Source: Mycobacteriales bacterium
GTDB taxonomy: Bacteria > Actinomycetota > Actinomycetes > DATLTS01
Length of the DNA stretch: 64,000 nt
NCBI GenBank assembly: GCA_035533475.1
Contig: DATLTS010000046.1
Span: forward strand, 2,229-66,228
Direction: 5' to 3'
The notes under the pieces are model-generated. The model had not been told where the DNA came from, did not search any database, and was given only the letters and a program-made list of their open reading frames with translations. Shown here in pieces: positions 51,701-59,684 of the stretch. Position 1 is the first letter of the stretch. Each line of letters begins with the position of its first letter. Position numbers and translations under genes: made by a program.

Positions 51701-53109
51701 AATCCGGCAGATCGACCCTGCTGCGCACATTGGCCGGATCGATCGCCACAAGCGTCACCGCCGAAGTGGCCCAGCTCTATGTCGTGGACTGCGGCGGGGG
51801 GGGCCTGTCGTCGCTGGCGGCGTTGCCGCACTGCGGTGCCGTCGTCACGCCGGCCGAGCCTGAGCGGGTTGACCGGCTGCTTACCAGGCTCACAGCTGAG
51901 CTGTCGCGCCGGATGCAGCTGCTTGCCACTGCGGGCTGCAGCGATATCGGTGAGTACGTTGCCGGGGGTGGTGAGCCCCTTCCGTACCTCGCGGTGATCG
52001 TCGATCGTCACGACGCATTCAGCACCGCGCTCGAGCACATCGACGGTGGCCGCCTGGTTACCGAGCTCCAGCGACTGGTCCGGGACGGGCTGGCCGCGGG
52101 TGTCCGGGTCATCGTGACCGGTGACCGGAGCCTCCTGACGGGGAAGCTCGGTGGCCTCGTCGAGGACAAGCTGGTGCTTCGGCTCGCCGACCGGATGGAC
52201 TACACCGTGGCTGGCCTATCGGCCAAGACATTGCCCGACATCGTTCCAACCGGACGCGCGTTCCGGCTGCCGGCCGGCGACCAGATTCAAATCGCCACCC
52301 TCTCCGCCGACCCGGAGGGTGCGGCGCAGAATCGCGCGATCCGGGACATCGCCGCGACTGCTGCGGCACCACGGCACCGACCGATCCGGGTCGATTCGCT
52401 GCCTCCGGCAATCAGCTATGCCGAGGCACGTGATCTGCCCGTCTCCGGCAGCGGCGCTCTTGTCGGCGTCGGCGGCGACGAGTTGGGACAGGTCCGCGCC
52501 GACGGCCCCGGGTTCCTCGTCCTCGGGACGTCAGGTAGCGGCCGCAGCAGCGCCCTGGCCGTTATCGCCCGTTCCGTCGTCGACGACGGTCGCCCGGTGG
52601 TTCTGGTCACCCCACGCCGGTCCCGATTGTCGGTACTGATCCCCGCCGGACCCGGCGTACTCGCAGTTCACGACGGTGGCGAGGAGGAACTTGCGGCCGC
52701 GGTAGCCACTTCAACCGACACGGTCCTCATCATCGACGACGTGGAAATGCTCACCGAGACCGCCCTTGGAGAACAGATCACCGCCATCCTCCGCCAGGCA
52801 CGCGATACCCGGCACGTCGTGTACGCCGCCGCGTCGGGAGACGAGGCGGGAAACATCTACCGCGGCCCGCTCGCCGAACTGCGCAAGTGCAAGCAAGGGC
52901 TGGTACTTGCACCAACCAACCCCACCCAGGGGGATGTGATCGGCACCCGGCTGCCTCGGTCGGTGCTGTCCGCCGGCATCCCGCAACGAGGCGCCCTGGT
53001 GCTCAACGGGACGGTCACCGCGGTGCATGTACCAACCATCGAACCGCCGGCACCCGCGCGTGCTCCCGCCAAGCGCCGACGGGCGCCTGCCCGGACCGAG
53101 AGCGGTTGA
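48787..53109 (+). CDS. eccC: EccC/EssC-type type VII secretion FtsK/SpoIIIE ATPase (three P-loop domains) with N-terminal ubiquitin-like and FHA domains
   Basis: 1440 aa. A beta-grasp-like N-terminus (MRLTITLRSAEASRHLAVDTQPGTTLADLLEAAG) is followed by an FHA domain (HPLGRTEPLPLDDPDVSRRHAQLVV...SLNGTRV). Two transmembrane helices follow. Three Walker A motifs are present (GGTTGSGKSELLQTL, AGAPKSGRSTLLRTL, LGTSGSGRSSALAV) with Walker B-like DEF/DD boxes. The listed ORF start at 48352 overlaps the previous gene; ATG 48787 was chosen. Confidence 0.9.
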   Translation: MRLTITLRSAEASRHLAVDTQPGTTLADLLEAAGASGAVAVNGRAAQPKTLLSHIPVRDGTVLDVGRRRPATRRADPGALALLVAGGPAAGHSLPLAEGTHPLGRTEPLPLDDPDVSRRHAQLVVTPDHSLALTDLGSLNGTRVQEQPVAGTHLLRPGDLIRMGQSALIVAMAPTADAAMTEGDGGRLRYSRPPRIRVGAAGTKVDLPAPPGETDRAPIPVLAILAPVAIGVMMALLLHQITYLAFTALSPVMAIGNVVSDRRRGRVGHRQRMVEFEARRSAALATARTAQETELGRLRYDHPDPATALLIATGPSSRLWERQRHDDDFLTLRIGTAEIPASVEVRQTAPPTETVSRVTRLPEAPVVVPVTSCGAVGLTGPATLVRALARAMLLTAAVLHSPRELTITLLTLDEARADWEWLRWLPHTRFPDSAAAGSRIGNDEVTVTNRVSELAALIDARRAAVPPGQKPTLPATADLVVVDNSYRVRLETALGPLLHAGPGVGVYFLCLDDTAARLPEECASVVEIRDAPDGPLAQLRRSGHQPVEQIVPDRVTPDVCEELARSIAPVIDAGGVETQAALPGSVRFLELAGLEPPTSEAILAGWSGGGRTTRALLGVGADGPAILDLAQGPHVLIGGTTGSGKSELLQTLVASLAVANRPDAMNFVLVDYKGGAAFRGCAQLPHTVGMLTDLDAFLVERALTSLRAELQRRKALLDAADKTNVSRYWEALPSMPGADPMPRLVVVVDEFAVMAEQLPELLKSLVEIAAQGRSLGVHLVLATQRPAGVVNAEMRANINLRIALRVASIDDSMDVIGGPEAARIPAEGTAGRCLVRTGTSRPVPLQAARVGGLRPGAHAVSASVGVVPVDWLDVGRPPAGAPPDSYDPADPTDLSTLVTAVAEAGSRLGTARPRSPWQPPLPTALPLSSLAPSDQDLAIVYGLEDLPSRQQQRPAVHDLRRAGHLLVAGAPKSGRSTLLRTLAGSIATSVTAEVAQLYVVDCGGGGLSSLAALPHCGAVVTPAEPERVDRLLTRLTAELSRRMQLLATAGCSDIGEYVAGGGEPLPYLAVIVDRHDAFSTALEHIDGGRLVTELQRLVRDGLAAGVRVIVTGDRSLLTGKLGGLVEDKLVLRLADRMDYTVAGLSAKTLPDIVPTGRAFRLPAGDQIQIATLSADPEGAAQNRAIRDIAATAAAPRHRPIRVDSLPPAISYAEARDLPVSGSGALVGVGGDELGQVRADGPGFLVLGTSGSGRSSALAVIARSVVDDGRPVVLVTPRRSRLSVLIPAGPGVLAVHDGGEEELAAAVATSTDTVLIIDDVEMLTETALGEQITAILRQARDTRHVVYAAASGDEAGNIYRGPLAELRKCKQGLVLAPTNPTQGDVIGTRLPRSVLSAGIPQRGALVLNGTVTAVHVPTIEPPAPARAPAKRRRAPARTESG

Positions 53110-53601
53110 TCAGTGCCGCCGCAGAGCCCCCCGCAGGCGCCCCCATCGGCCATGCATTACCGGTTGGCCTGCTGGCGCTGCGCCAGCGGGCCGATCCGCC
53201 CGCATCCGGGTTCGCGTCGGATCCGCCACGGGTTCGGACTGCTGTATTTCCGGCCGGGCGGCTACGCTCGCCGGCCGGAAATGCACCCATACGTCGCCAA
53301 AGCGCAGCGAGCACGCGTCGATCAGGGCGGTTCCGTCCGGCCCAACGGCGGTCTCCCCCAGCCACGTGCCGTTCGCGGACCCGAGGTCACGCAACACGAC
53401 AGCGGAAGCGGTCACTTCGAGTTCGGCGTGACGACGGGAGACGGACCGGTCTGGGTCCAGCTCGGTGAGATCGACATCCGGTGGCACCGGCATCCGCTCG
53501 TCGTAGCGTCCGACAACTGTCATCCCGGGCGGCAGGAACCATACCGATGGTCCGGCCGCGAGGGACGATTCGGTCGCCCGTTGGGTCACGGCAGCGAGCA
53601 T
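53110..53601 (-). CDS. Stand-alone FHA-domain protein
   Basis: GMTVVGRYDERMPVPPDVDLTELDPDRSVSRRHAELEVTASAVVLRDLGSANGTWL matches the FHA consensus (G-R, S-R-x-H, N-G-T). It is convergent with the eccC end. The start could be further upstream (up to 53844) through an Arg-rich stretch. Confidence 0.7.
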   Translation of the reverse strand: MLAAVTQRATESSLAAGPSVWFLPPGMTVVGRYDERMPVPPDVDLTELDPDRSVSRRHAELEVTASAVVLRDLGSANGTWLGETAVGPDGTALIDACSLRFGDVWVHFRPASVAARPEIQQSEPVADPTRTRMRADRPAGAAPAGQPVMHGRWGRLRGALRRH

Positions 53602-53630
53602 ACGGTGATCGAACCTCAGGGGGCGCAATC

Positions 53631-54437
53631 GTGAGCGACGACCCGACCGCAACCCGCGGCCGGTCCAAGCCACCTGCATCAGAGCCGCCGGCGGAAGGGC
53701 AGCCCAGCAACGACCCGACCGCAACCCGCGGCCGGTCCAAGCCGGCGCCGGCACCGCCTGTATCCGAGCCGCCGGCGGAGCGGCAGGCCGCCGCAGATCC
53801 GACCGCAACCCGCGGTCGGCTCGCTCCACAGTCCTCGCCGCCACCCGACGGCGCGCCCCAGCCTGACCCGCAAGGGACCGTGCTCCGGCGTCGCGCGCCG
53901 GGGTCCTTCCCGGCCGCGGAAGTCAAGGTCGCTCCAGCACTGGCCTCCGCCCCGATGGCACCGGTCGTACTGCCCGATCGTCGGATCGAGCCACCCGTCT
54001 ACCGGCCTCCCGGCAGCCGGCGCAGGCTGGTCGCTGCCGTCGGTGGTTTGCTTCTCGCGGGCGCCGGAGTGGCCCTCGGATACGCATTGCATCCGCAGCC
54101 AACGCCCCCGGCCCGGGCCACGGTCGCACCGCCGACCCTGTCGGGGGTGGTCGCTTCCGGTCCGGCCGGAGCTCTGCACTGCCCATCAGCGCTCCTGCAC
54201 GTGGTCGGAACTATCACGGTCACCGCCGCGACCACGGTTCGCTACCAGTGGCGCCTTCCGGATGGCACCTTCACGGCCGTGCAAACCCTCACCGCGGCAG
54301 GCCCCGGACCGGTCACCGCCACACTGAGCTACACCCTGTCCGGTCACGGACAGCAAACCGGCGTGGCCACTCTGCACGTGCTGACACCCGCGGACGTTTA
54401 CTCCAACCCAGTGGCCGTCGCCTACCGGTGCCCATGA
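53631..54437 (+). CDS. Proline-rich single-pass membrane protein with 3x DPTATRGR(S/L)KP tandem repeats and a C-terminal extracytoplasmic beta-rich domain
   Basis: GTG start with an aggggg RBS. Three ~60-bp direct repeats (53640-53830) encode DPTATRGRSKP...SEPPAE. A transmembrane helix follows (LVAAVGGLLLAGAGVALGYAL), then a Cys-containing C-terminal domain. The opposite-strand reading of the same repeats is also open, so strand assignment is not certain. Confidence 0.55.
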   Translation: MSDDPTATRGRSKPPASEPPAEGQPSNDPTATRGRSKPAPAPPVSEPPAERQAAADPTATRGRLAPQSSPPPDGAPQPDPQGTVLRRRAPGSFPAAEVKVAPALASAPMAPVVLPDRRIEPPVYRPPGSRRRLVAAVGGLLLAGAGVALGYALHPQPTPPARATVAPPTLSGVVASGPAGALHCPSALLHVVGTITVTAATTVRYQWRLPDGTFTAVQTLTAAGPGPVTATLSYTLSGHGQQTGVATLHVLTPADVYSNPVAVAYRCP

Positions 54438-54449
54438 AGCCAGTTGCCG

Positions 54450-57063
54450 CTAGGAACCTGTGAAATGGAAGGTGACCGGCATGTAGTTCGCCGCGTGAGC
54501 GTTAGCGTTTGGACTGCTCTGGCATGACGCCTCGATGGTGAGGTCACCGGCGGGTATCGAGGGCGTTGGTTGTCCCTGCTGGGATTGGAATGAGCCGACC
54601 TGCGCCGTGCCCTGCCAGGAACCGTCCGGCTGTAGCCGGATCGGCCCACCCTGCCTGAGGTCCGCTTGGGGGACGAGGGTTGCGATGTCGTAAATGACGA
54701 TTTGGCTTCCTGCTGGGCAGGCTGTTTGGGAGGTCATGGTGATGACCGTTTTGGCCCCACCACTGCTCGGCGAAATGGTGAACGTCATCGCCGGGCCGCC
54801 GTAGCAGAGCCACGACACCGCGTCGTTGGGATCGTTGAGCCTGGCCGTCACGTTCGAGTGGTAGTAGAACTGCCACTGACAGGCAGCGTTCATGTCGACC
54901 GGCTGGGTGCCTTTGGCTCCTGTACAGGTCCAGTTCCCGGTCCCGTCGCCCGGACCGAGCAGAGGCTTCGTCGGGGCGGCCATGCTGAATCCGAGCGACG
55001 CGCAGTAGGAGTCGAGTTGCGCGCCGCCGAGCAAGCCGGCCTGCGACGGCACGATAGACGCGGGCGGCAACTCGGCGCCGGCCGGCAGCCTGCGGAGGTT
55101 TTGCGTGCTGGTCAGGACGTGCCCGTGGTAGGTGAACGAATCGAATATGGTCAACCGCGTTGCCGTGCACGTTACCTGAGTCGGGACGATACCCGTCTGC
55201 AGCGGCACGCCCTGCGACAGTGTGTGATCGTACCCGGCGTAGAGCAGGCTCACCGAGTGGCTGTAGTCAGCGTTGATCGTCAGCAGGGTGTGCTCACCAC
55301 GGGTCGCCCAGCGCCAGGTCGACGTCCCATATCCGGTGTCGATGAAGGGGGCGCCGTTGAGAACCCCCGTGGCCGGCGGTCCGCCGGGCGGGGACACCCC
55401 GATCGCCGTGCCGTCGGCGTTGTAACGCGTGTCCCCGTCGAGCGGACTGGGCGGCAGGTTTACCAGGACGGGCTGCTGGCTCCAGACGTCGTCGTACGGA
55501 CCGCCCAGCACCGCCCAGGTGCCGACTATGCATGACGCCAGCGGTGGGGGGCTGGGTGAGGCTGCAGCGGCGCCGACGAGAGTGACGGCCGTCAGTACCG
55601 CAACCACTCCAGCGACGACCGGCGGCCGGCTGGCGATGCGCACCGGTATCGCGCTCACAACGACACTAACCAGAGCGGATGTGCGCCGCGGTGGCGCCGC
55701 CCGGCCCGGTTCCGCGGGAGCTTTCGGGCCGTCCGCCGCGTGACTCGGGGGCTCGCTCCTCGGGGCGCTCGGTCCGGGGGGAGCCGCCGGGGAAGTGCCG
55801 CCCGCCACGGTGCCGCCCGCCACGGTGCCGCTCGCCACGGTGGCCCCCACCGTGCTGGAACCGGCGACCGGAGCGAGCGCAGCCCCCGCTGCCGAGACGG
55901 TCCCGGCGCCGACAATCGCGGCCGTTGCGCCGCCGGCGGCCAGAGCGGCGACAGCGCCAACCATCGCGGCCGGCTGCCAATTCGGCCCGTAGGCCTGACG
56001 AGCTGCCGCGGTGAGGTTCTCCCGGAACTGCGCGGCCGAACCGGGCCGGGCGGCAGGATCTTTGGCCAGGGCGGACATCGTGAGCAGCGCCAAGGCCTCG
56101 GGGATCTGTGGCCGCACCGACCGGGGGTCCGGCACCGGATCTCCGAGGTGGGCGTCCATCACGGCGGCTGGGGTCGCGCCCACGTACGGGCGCTGCCCGG
56201 TCAGCACCTCGAAGAGCACCGCCCCGCAGGAGTAGATATCCGTTCTGGCGTCCAGGGGTTCGCCGCGCACCTGTTCCGGACTCATGTAGGCGGGCGAGCC
56301 CACCGATGCCTCGCTGCCCTGGGCGAAGGCTCCGACGTCGCGGGCGAGGCCGAAGTCGACGAGCCGGGACACCCCGGCGCGATCCACGAGGATGTTGTCG
56401 GGCTTGATGTCGCGGTGCACCATCCCCCGGGCATGCACGTGCTCGAGGCCGGCGAGCGCCCCGTCGAAGACTGCGGCCGCCTGTTCGCCACCAAGTGGGC
56501 CAGAACGGCGAAGCATCGCGCGCAGGCTGGCCCCGTCCACGTAGTCGACCACGATCGCCGCGATCACGTCGTCGTCGAGGATTTCGCGCACCCGGACGCA
56601 GTTCGGATGATCGAGGGCACGCATCAGCGTGGCCTCGTCGCGGAAGCGGGCGCGAAATTCCTCGTCGTCCATCCACTCGGGCGCGAGCACTTTGATCGCA
56701 ACCGCATGGCCGTCGTCGTCATGCGCCCGATACACGGTGCCGGACGCGCCGGACCCCACGATTCCGTCAACCGAGTAGGTGCCGATCCGCACCCGGGCTG
56801 GCGAGCCCAGCCACCTGGCCACGAGCAGTGGCGCCGCCCCGAGTAGGGCACCGGCGACGGCTGCGACGATCCACCACACCGGGTTCATCGAACCGACCCG
56901 CGACCCCCACCACGCAGCGTCCCCAGCGCCAGCAGCGAGGCCCAGCCCCGCTAACCGTGCCAGGCTCGAGGAACGGTGGCGGAAAGCCAGCATCAAGGAG
57001 ATGCCGGTGGCGGCGACGGTGACGGCCAGACCGAAGTAACCGGCCCAGGTGGGAACATGCATG
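54450..57063 (-). CDS. Membrane Ser/Thr protein kinase with N-terminal transmembrane helices, second TM and large Cys-rich extracytoplasmic domain
   Basis: Hanks kinase motifs are present (GSGASGTVYRA, AIKVL, HRDIKPDNILV, DFGLA, SPAYMSPE). N-terminal hydrophobic helices precede the kinase domain. An Ala/Gly-rich linker, a transmembrane helix (VVAGVVAVLTAVTLVGAAAA) and a ~380-aa C-terminal region with eight Cys follow. Start set at ATG 57063 (MHVPTWAGYFGL). Confidence 0.9.
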
Positions 57064-57148
57064 ACGGCCTCCTCGCGAACACCCAAGCATCTCCGCGCAC
57101 CGATCGCGGGTGTTTTCGGGTAACCAGCGGGAGAAGCGCCCTGGTCGC

Positions 57149-58546
57149 CTAGCTGAAGGCGGCGGCGAGTTCTTCGAGGCATCCGGGCAGCGCGTCGGCG
57201 ATCGCCCAGGTGTCCGCCACCAGATCGGGGCAGGCCATGATGCCGACGTCGAGCCGGTCGAGGTTGGACAGCACCGTGATGTTCATCCCGGTGCCCGGCA
57301 GCAGCGGGCCGAGCGGATAGATGGCGTCGATCCGAGCCCCAGCCAGGTACAGCGCTACCGGCGGTCCCATGACGTTGGACACGATGAGGTTCTGAAGGGC
57401 GGGCTGCAGCGCCGAGAGACCGAGGCTGCGCATCAGCCAGGTCACGACGGAAACCGCCGCGGGTGGCGTCACGTCGGCGAGCGACGCGAGCGTCGACGTC
57501 CCTGCCGCCCCCGTAATCTCCTTGGCCATCGCCGAGTTTCGATGCACGAGCTGTAGGAGCTCCGCCGGCTCGCTCTCCCGCATCGGTAGAGCTACGAGGA
57601 GGGCGGCGAGCCGGTTGGTGCCGCTCGTCTCGCCCTCACCCGCATTGAGCGGGCAGCTGACGACGAGCGGTCGGCCCGGCACCGCATCCCGCGCCCTGAG
57701 GTAGCGCCGGAGTGCCAGCGCGATCGTGGCGAGCACCACATCGTTGAGCTTCACGCCGGCCGCGTCCTTGACCTGCTTCGCCTGCTCGAGCGGCAGCGCG
57801 GAGAAGGCCGCGATCCGGGCCCGGGTGGGCGGCCCGCTGATCGGGGTCCGCGGCGAGGCGATCGGCATCGTGGCCGGGCCGGAACCGGCAATCATGCGAC
57901 CCACGGCGGGCAGGGCCGAGATCAGGCCCCGTCCGCTCGACAGCACGGCCCTCCCGGCGGCCAGCGGCCAGCGGAGTTGGTTCGCCAGGGTCCGGCCGGT
58001 CAGCGCGAATGCGCCGGGCCGTTCGTCCTGGGGGCCGGGCAGCGGCGGCGCGGGAAGCGGCGGAGGGTTCGGCTCGAGATCTAGCAGGGCGGCAATGAAC
58101 TCGGCCCCCGCCGCCCCGTAGAGGGTGCAGTGGTGCACCTTGGCGACCAGCCCCACCCGGCCCGCTGCCAGTCCGTGAACGACGTGCAACTCCCAAAGCG
58201 GCCGGTCCCGGTCCAACCGTCGGCTCGCGATCCTTCCGACCAGATCGCCGAGGGCGCGCGCATCGCCGGGGGGATCGACCTCGTCGTCGAACAGGTGGAG
58301 CGAGAGGTCGACGTCGGCCACCTCCAGCCAGTACGGCTTGTCCAGGGAGAGCGGCACGGTGACGAGTTGCCGTCCGAATGGCGGCATCAGGTGGATTCGG
58401 TCGGCCACGACCTGGCGCAACCGGGCGCGGGAGTACCCGTCTCCGGGTGAAGGATCGAGCAGCAGGACACCGAGAACGTGCATCGGGAGCTCGGCGGTCT
58501 CCAGGGCGAGGAAGGCGGCGTCCATCCCGGTGAGCTGCTCGGCCAT
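57149..58546 (-). CDS. Wax ester synthase/diacylglycerol acyltransferase (WS/DGAT)
   Basis: MAEQLTGMDAAFLALET N-terminus and the active-site HHCTLYGAAG (HHxxxDG-type) motif. Confidence 0.85.
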   Translation of the reverse strand: MAEQLTGMDAAFLALETAELPMHVLGVLLLDPSPGDGYSRARLRQVVADRIHLMPPFGRQLVTVPLSLDKPYWLEVADVDLSLHLFDDEVDPPGDARALGDLVGRIASRRLDRDRPLWELHVVHGLAAGRVGLVAKVHHCTLYGAAGAEFIAALLDLEPNPPPLPAPPLPGPQDERPGAFALTGRTLANQLRWPLAAGRAVLSSGRGLISALPAVGRMIAGSGPATMPIASPRTPISGPPTRARIAAFSALPLEQAKQVKDAAGVKLNDVVLATIALALRRYLRARDAVPGRPLVVSCPLNAGEGETSGTNRLAALLVALPMRESEPAELLQLVHRNSAMAKEITGAAGTSTLASLADVTPPAAVSVVTWLMRSLGLSALQPALQNLIVSNVMGPPVALYLAGARIDAIYPLGPLLPGTGMNITVLSNLDRLDVGIMACPDLVADTWAIADALPGCLEELAAAFS

Positions 58547-58560
58547 CGGGCTCCCCTCGT

Positions 58561-59684
58561 TTAGGCCGGTTGCCCGCACCGGCCGGCCAGGCCGGCGATC
58601 TTGGCCGACCGAGTAAACGCCGACACGACTTCCACGTCCAGCCCGTTCGTCAGGTAACAGAACGACAGCCCGGTATCGGGATCGGCCCAGGCGAGCTGCC
58701 CGCCAACTCCCATCGAGCCAAATGTCCGCGGCCCGACGGTTCGGCCGAACTGGCGGACGACGGCGTGCCCGTCGTCGCCGGCGATCACGAGTCCGAGCGT
58801 CCGGTTCGCCGCAACCCCGAGGAGGGGGTCCACCATGGCGTTACGAATCCGCCCGGTCGCATCGGCCAGGACCGCGGGATCCCAGACGGCGCTTGGGTCG
58901 TGCAACAGTGCCTGGTAGTACAGCGCGACGTCGCCAGCGCCGGCGACGGCGCCGGCCCCCGGGACTCCGGCGGCGCGCACCCTTGGCTCGTTGAACCGGA
59001 GCAGGAGCCCGTCCGCAGTCTCTGCGAGCCGATCCCCCAACTTCTCCCCCGCCGACCCGCCGTCGCCTGTCAAGGTCAGGTCCAGAACGTCGCCCTGCTC
59101 GTCCGCTGGTACGCCCAGCTGGAGTCGCGGTAGACCGAGCCGGCCGGCGACCCGGGAGGCGAAGAACTTGCGGAAGTCGGTGCCGGTGACCCGCTCGATG
59201 AGATCCGCGAGCACCCAGGACGCGGAAGTTGCGTGATACTCGGTCCGACTTCCGGGGGCCCAATCGAGCCGCCAGCTGGCGAAGCGCGCGCGGCGGCGGT
59301 CTGGGTCGGCACCCTCCTCGGGTCGCATCGGCGCCCGCGCGAACCCCGCGGTATGGGTGAGAAGGTGCTCAACCGTGACCAGGTCCTTGCCGGGGGTGGC
59401 AAACTCCGGCACAAGTTCGGCGACGGCAGTCTCCGGCCGCAGGTTGCCCTCGCCGAACAGCAGCCAGATCGCGGAAGCGGTCAGCGCCTTGGTCACGCTG
59501 AAGACGACGTAGCGGGCGGACTCCTCGGCGCCGAAGGTCTCGGCAGCTATCAGCCGACCGGAGTGCGCGACCGCGACCTGGCAGCTGGGTAGCGTCCCGT
59601 CGTCGATGTCGCGACGCGCCCGCGCGAACAGGGCTTTCAGCGCGCCGGCTGGTATCGGGTCGGGCGCCGTCACGAGCTCGTCAG
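58561..59684 (-). CDS. Serine hydrolase, beta-lactamase/esterase family
   Basis: S-x-x-K motif (FSVTKALTASAIWLL) and beta-lactamase-fold signatures. The N-terminus is approximate; the listed 472-aa ORF includes a spurious upstream extension. Confidence 0.7.

Noticed and set aside
53113-53634. 173-aa plus-strand ORF overlapping the FHA gene
   Set aside because: The minus strand here encodes a textbook FHA domain; the plus-strand frame has no features.
53640-53830. Possible CRISPR-like or intergenic direct repeats
   Set aside because: These are ~60-bp direct repeats inside an open reading frame encoding DPTATRGRSKP units, not short repeat-spacer units; no cas genes are present.
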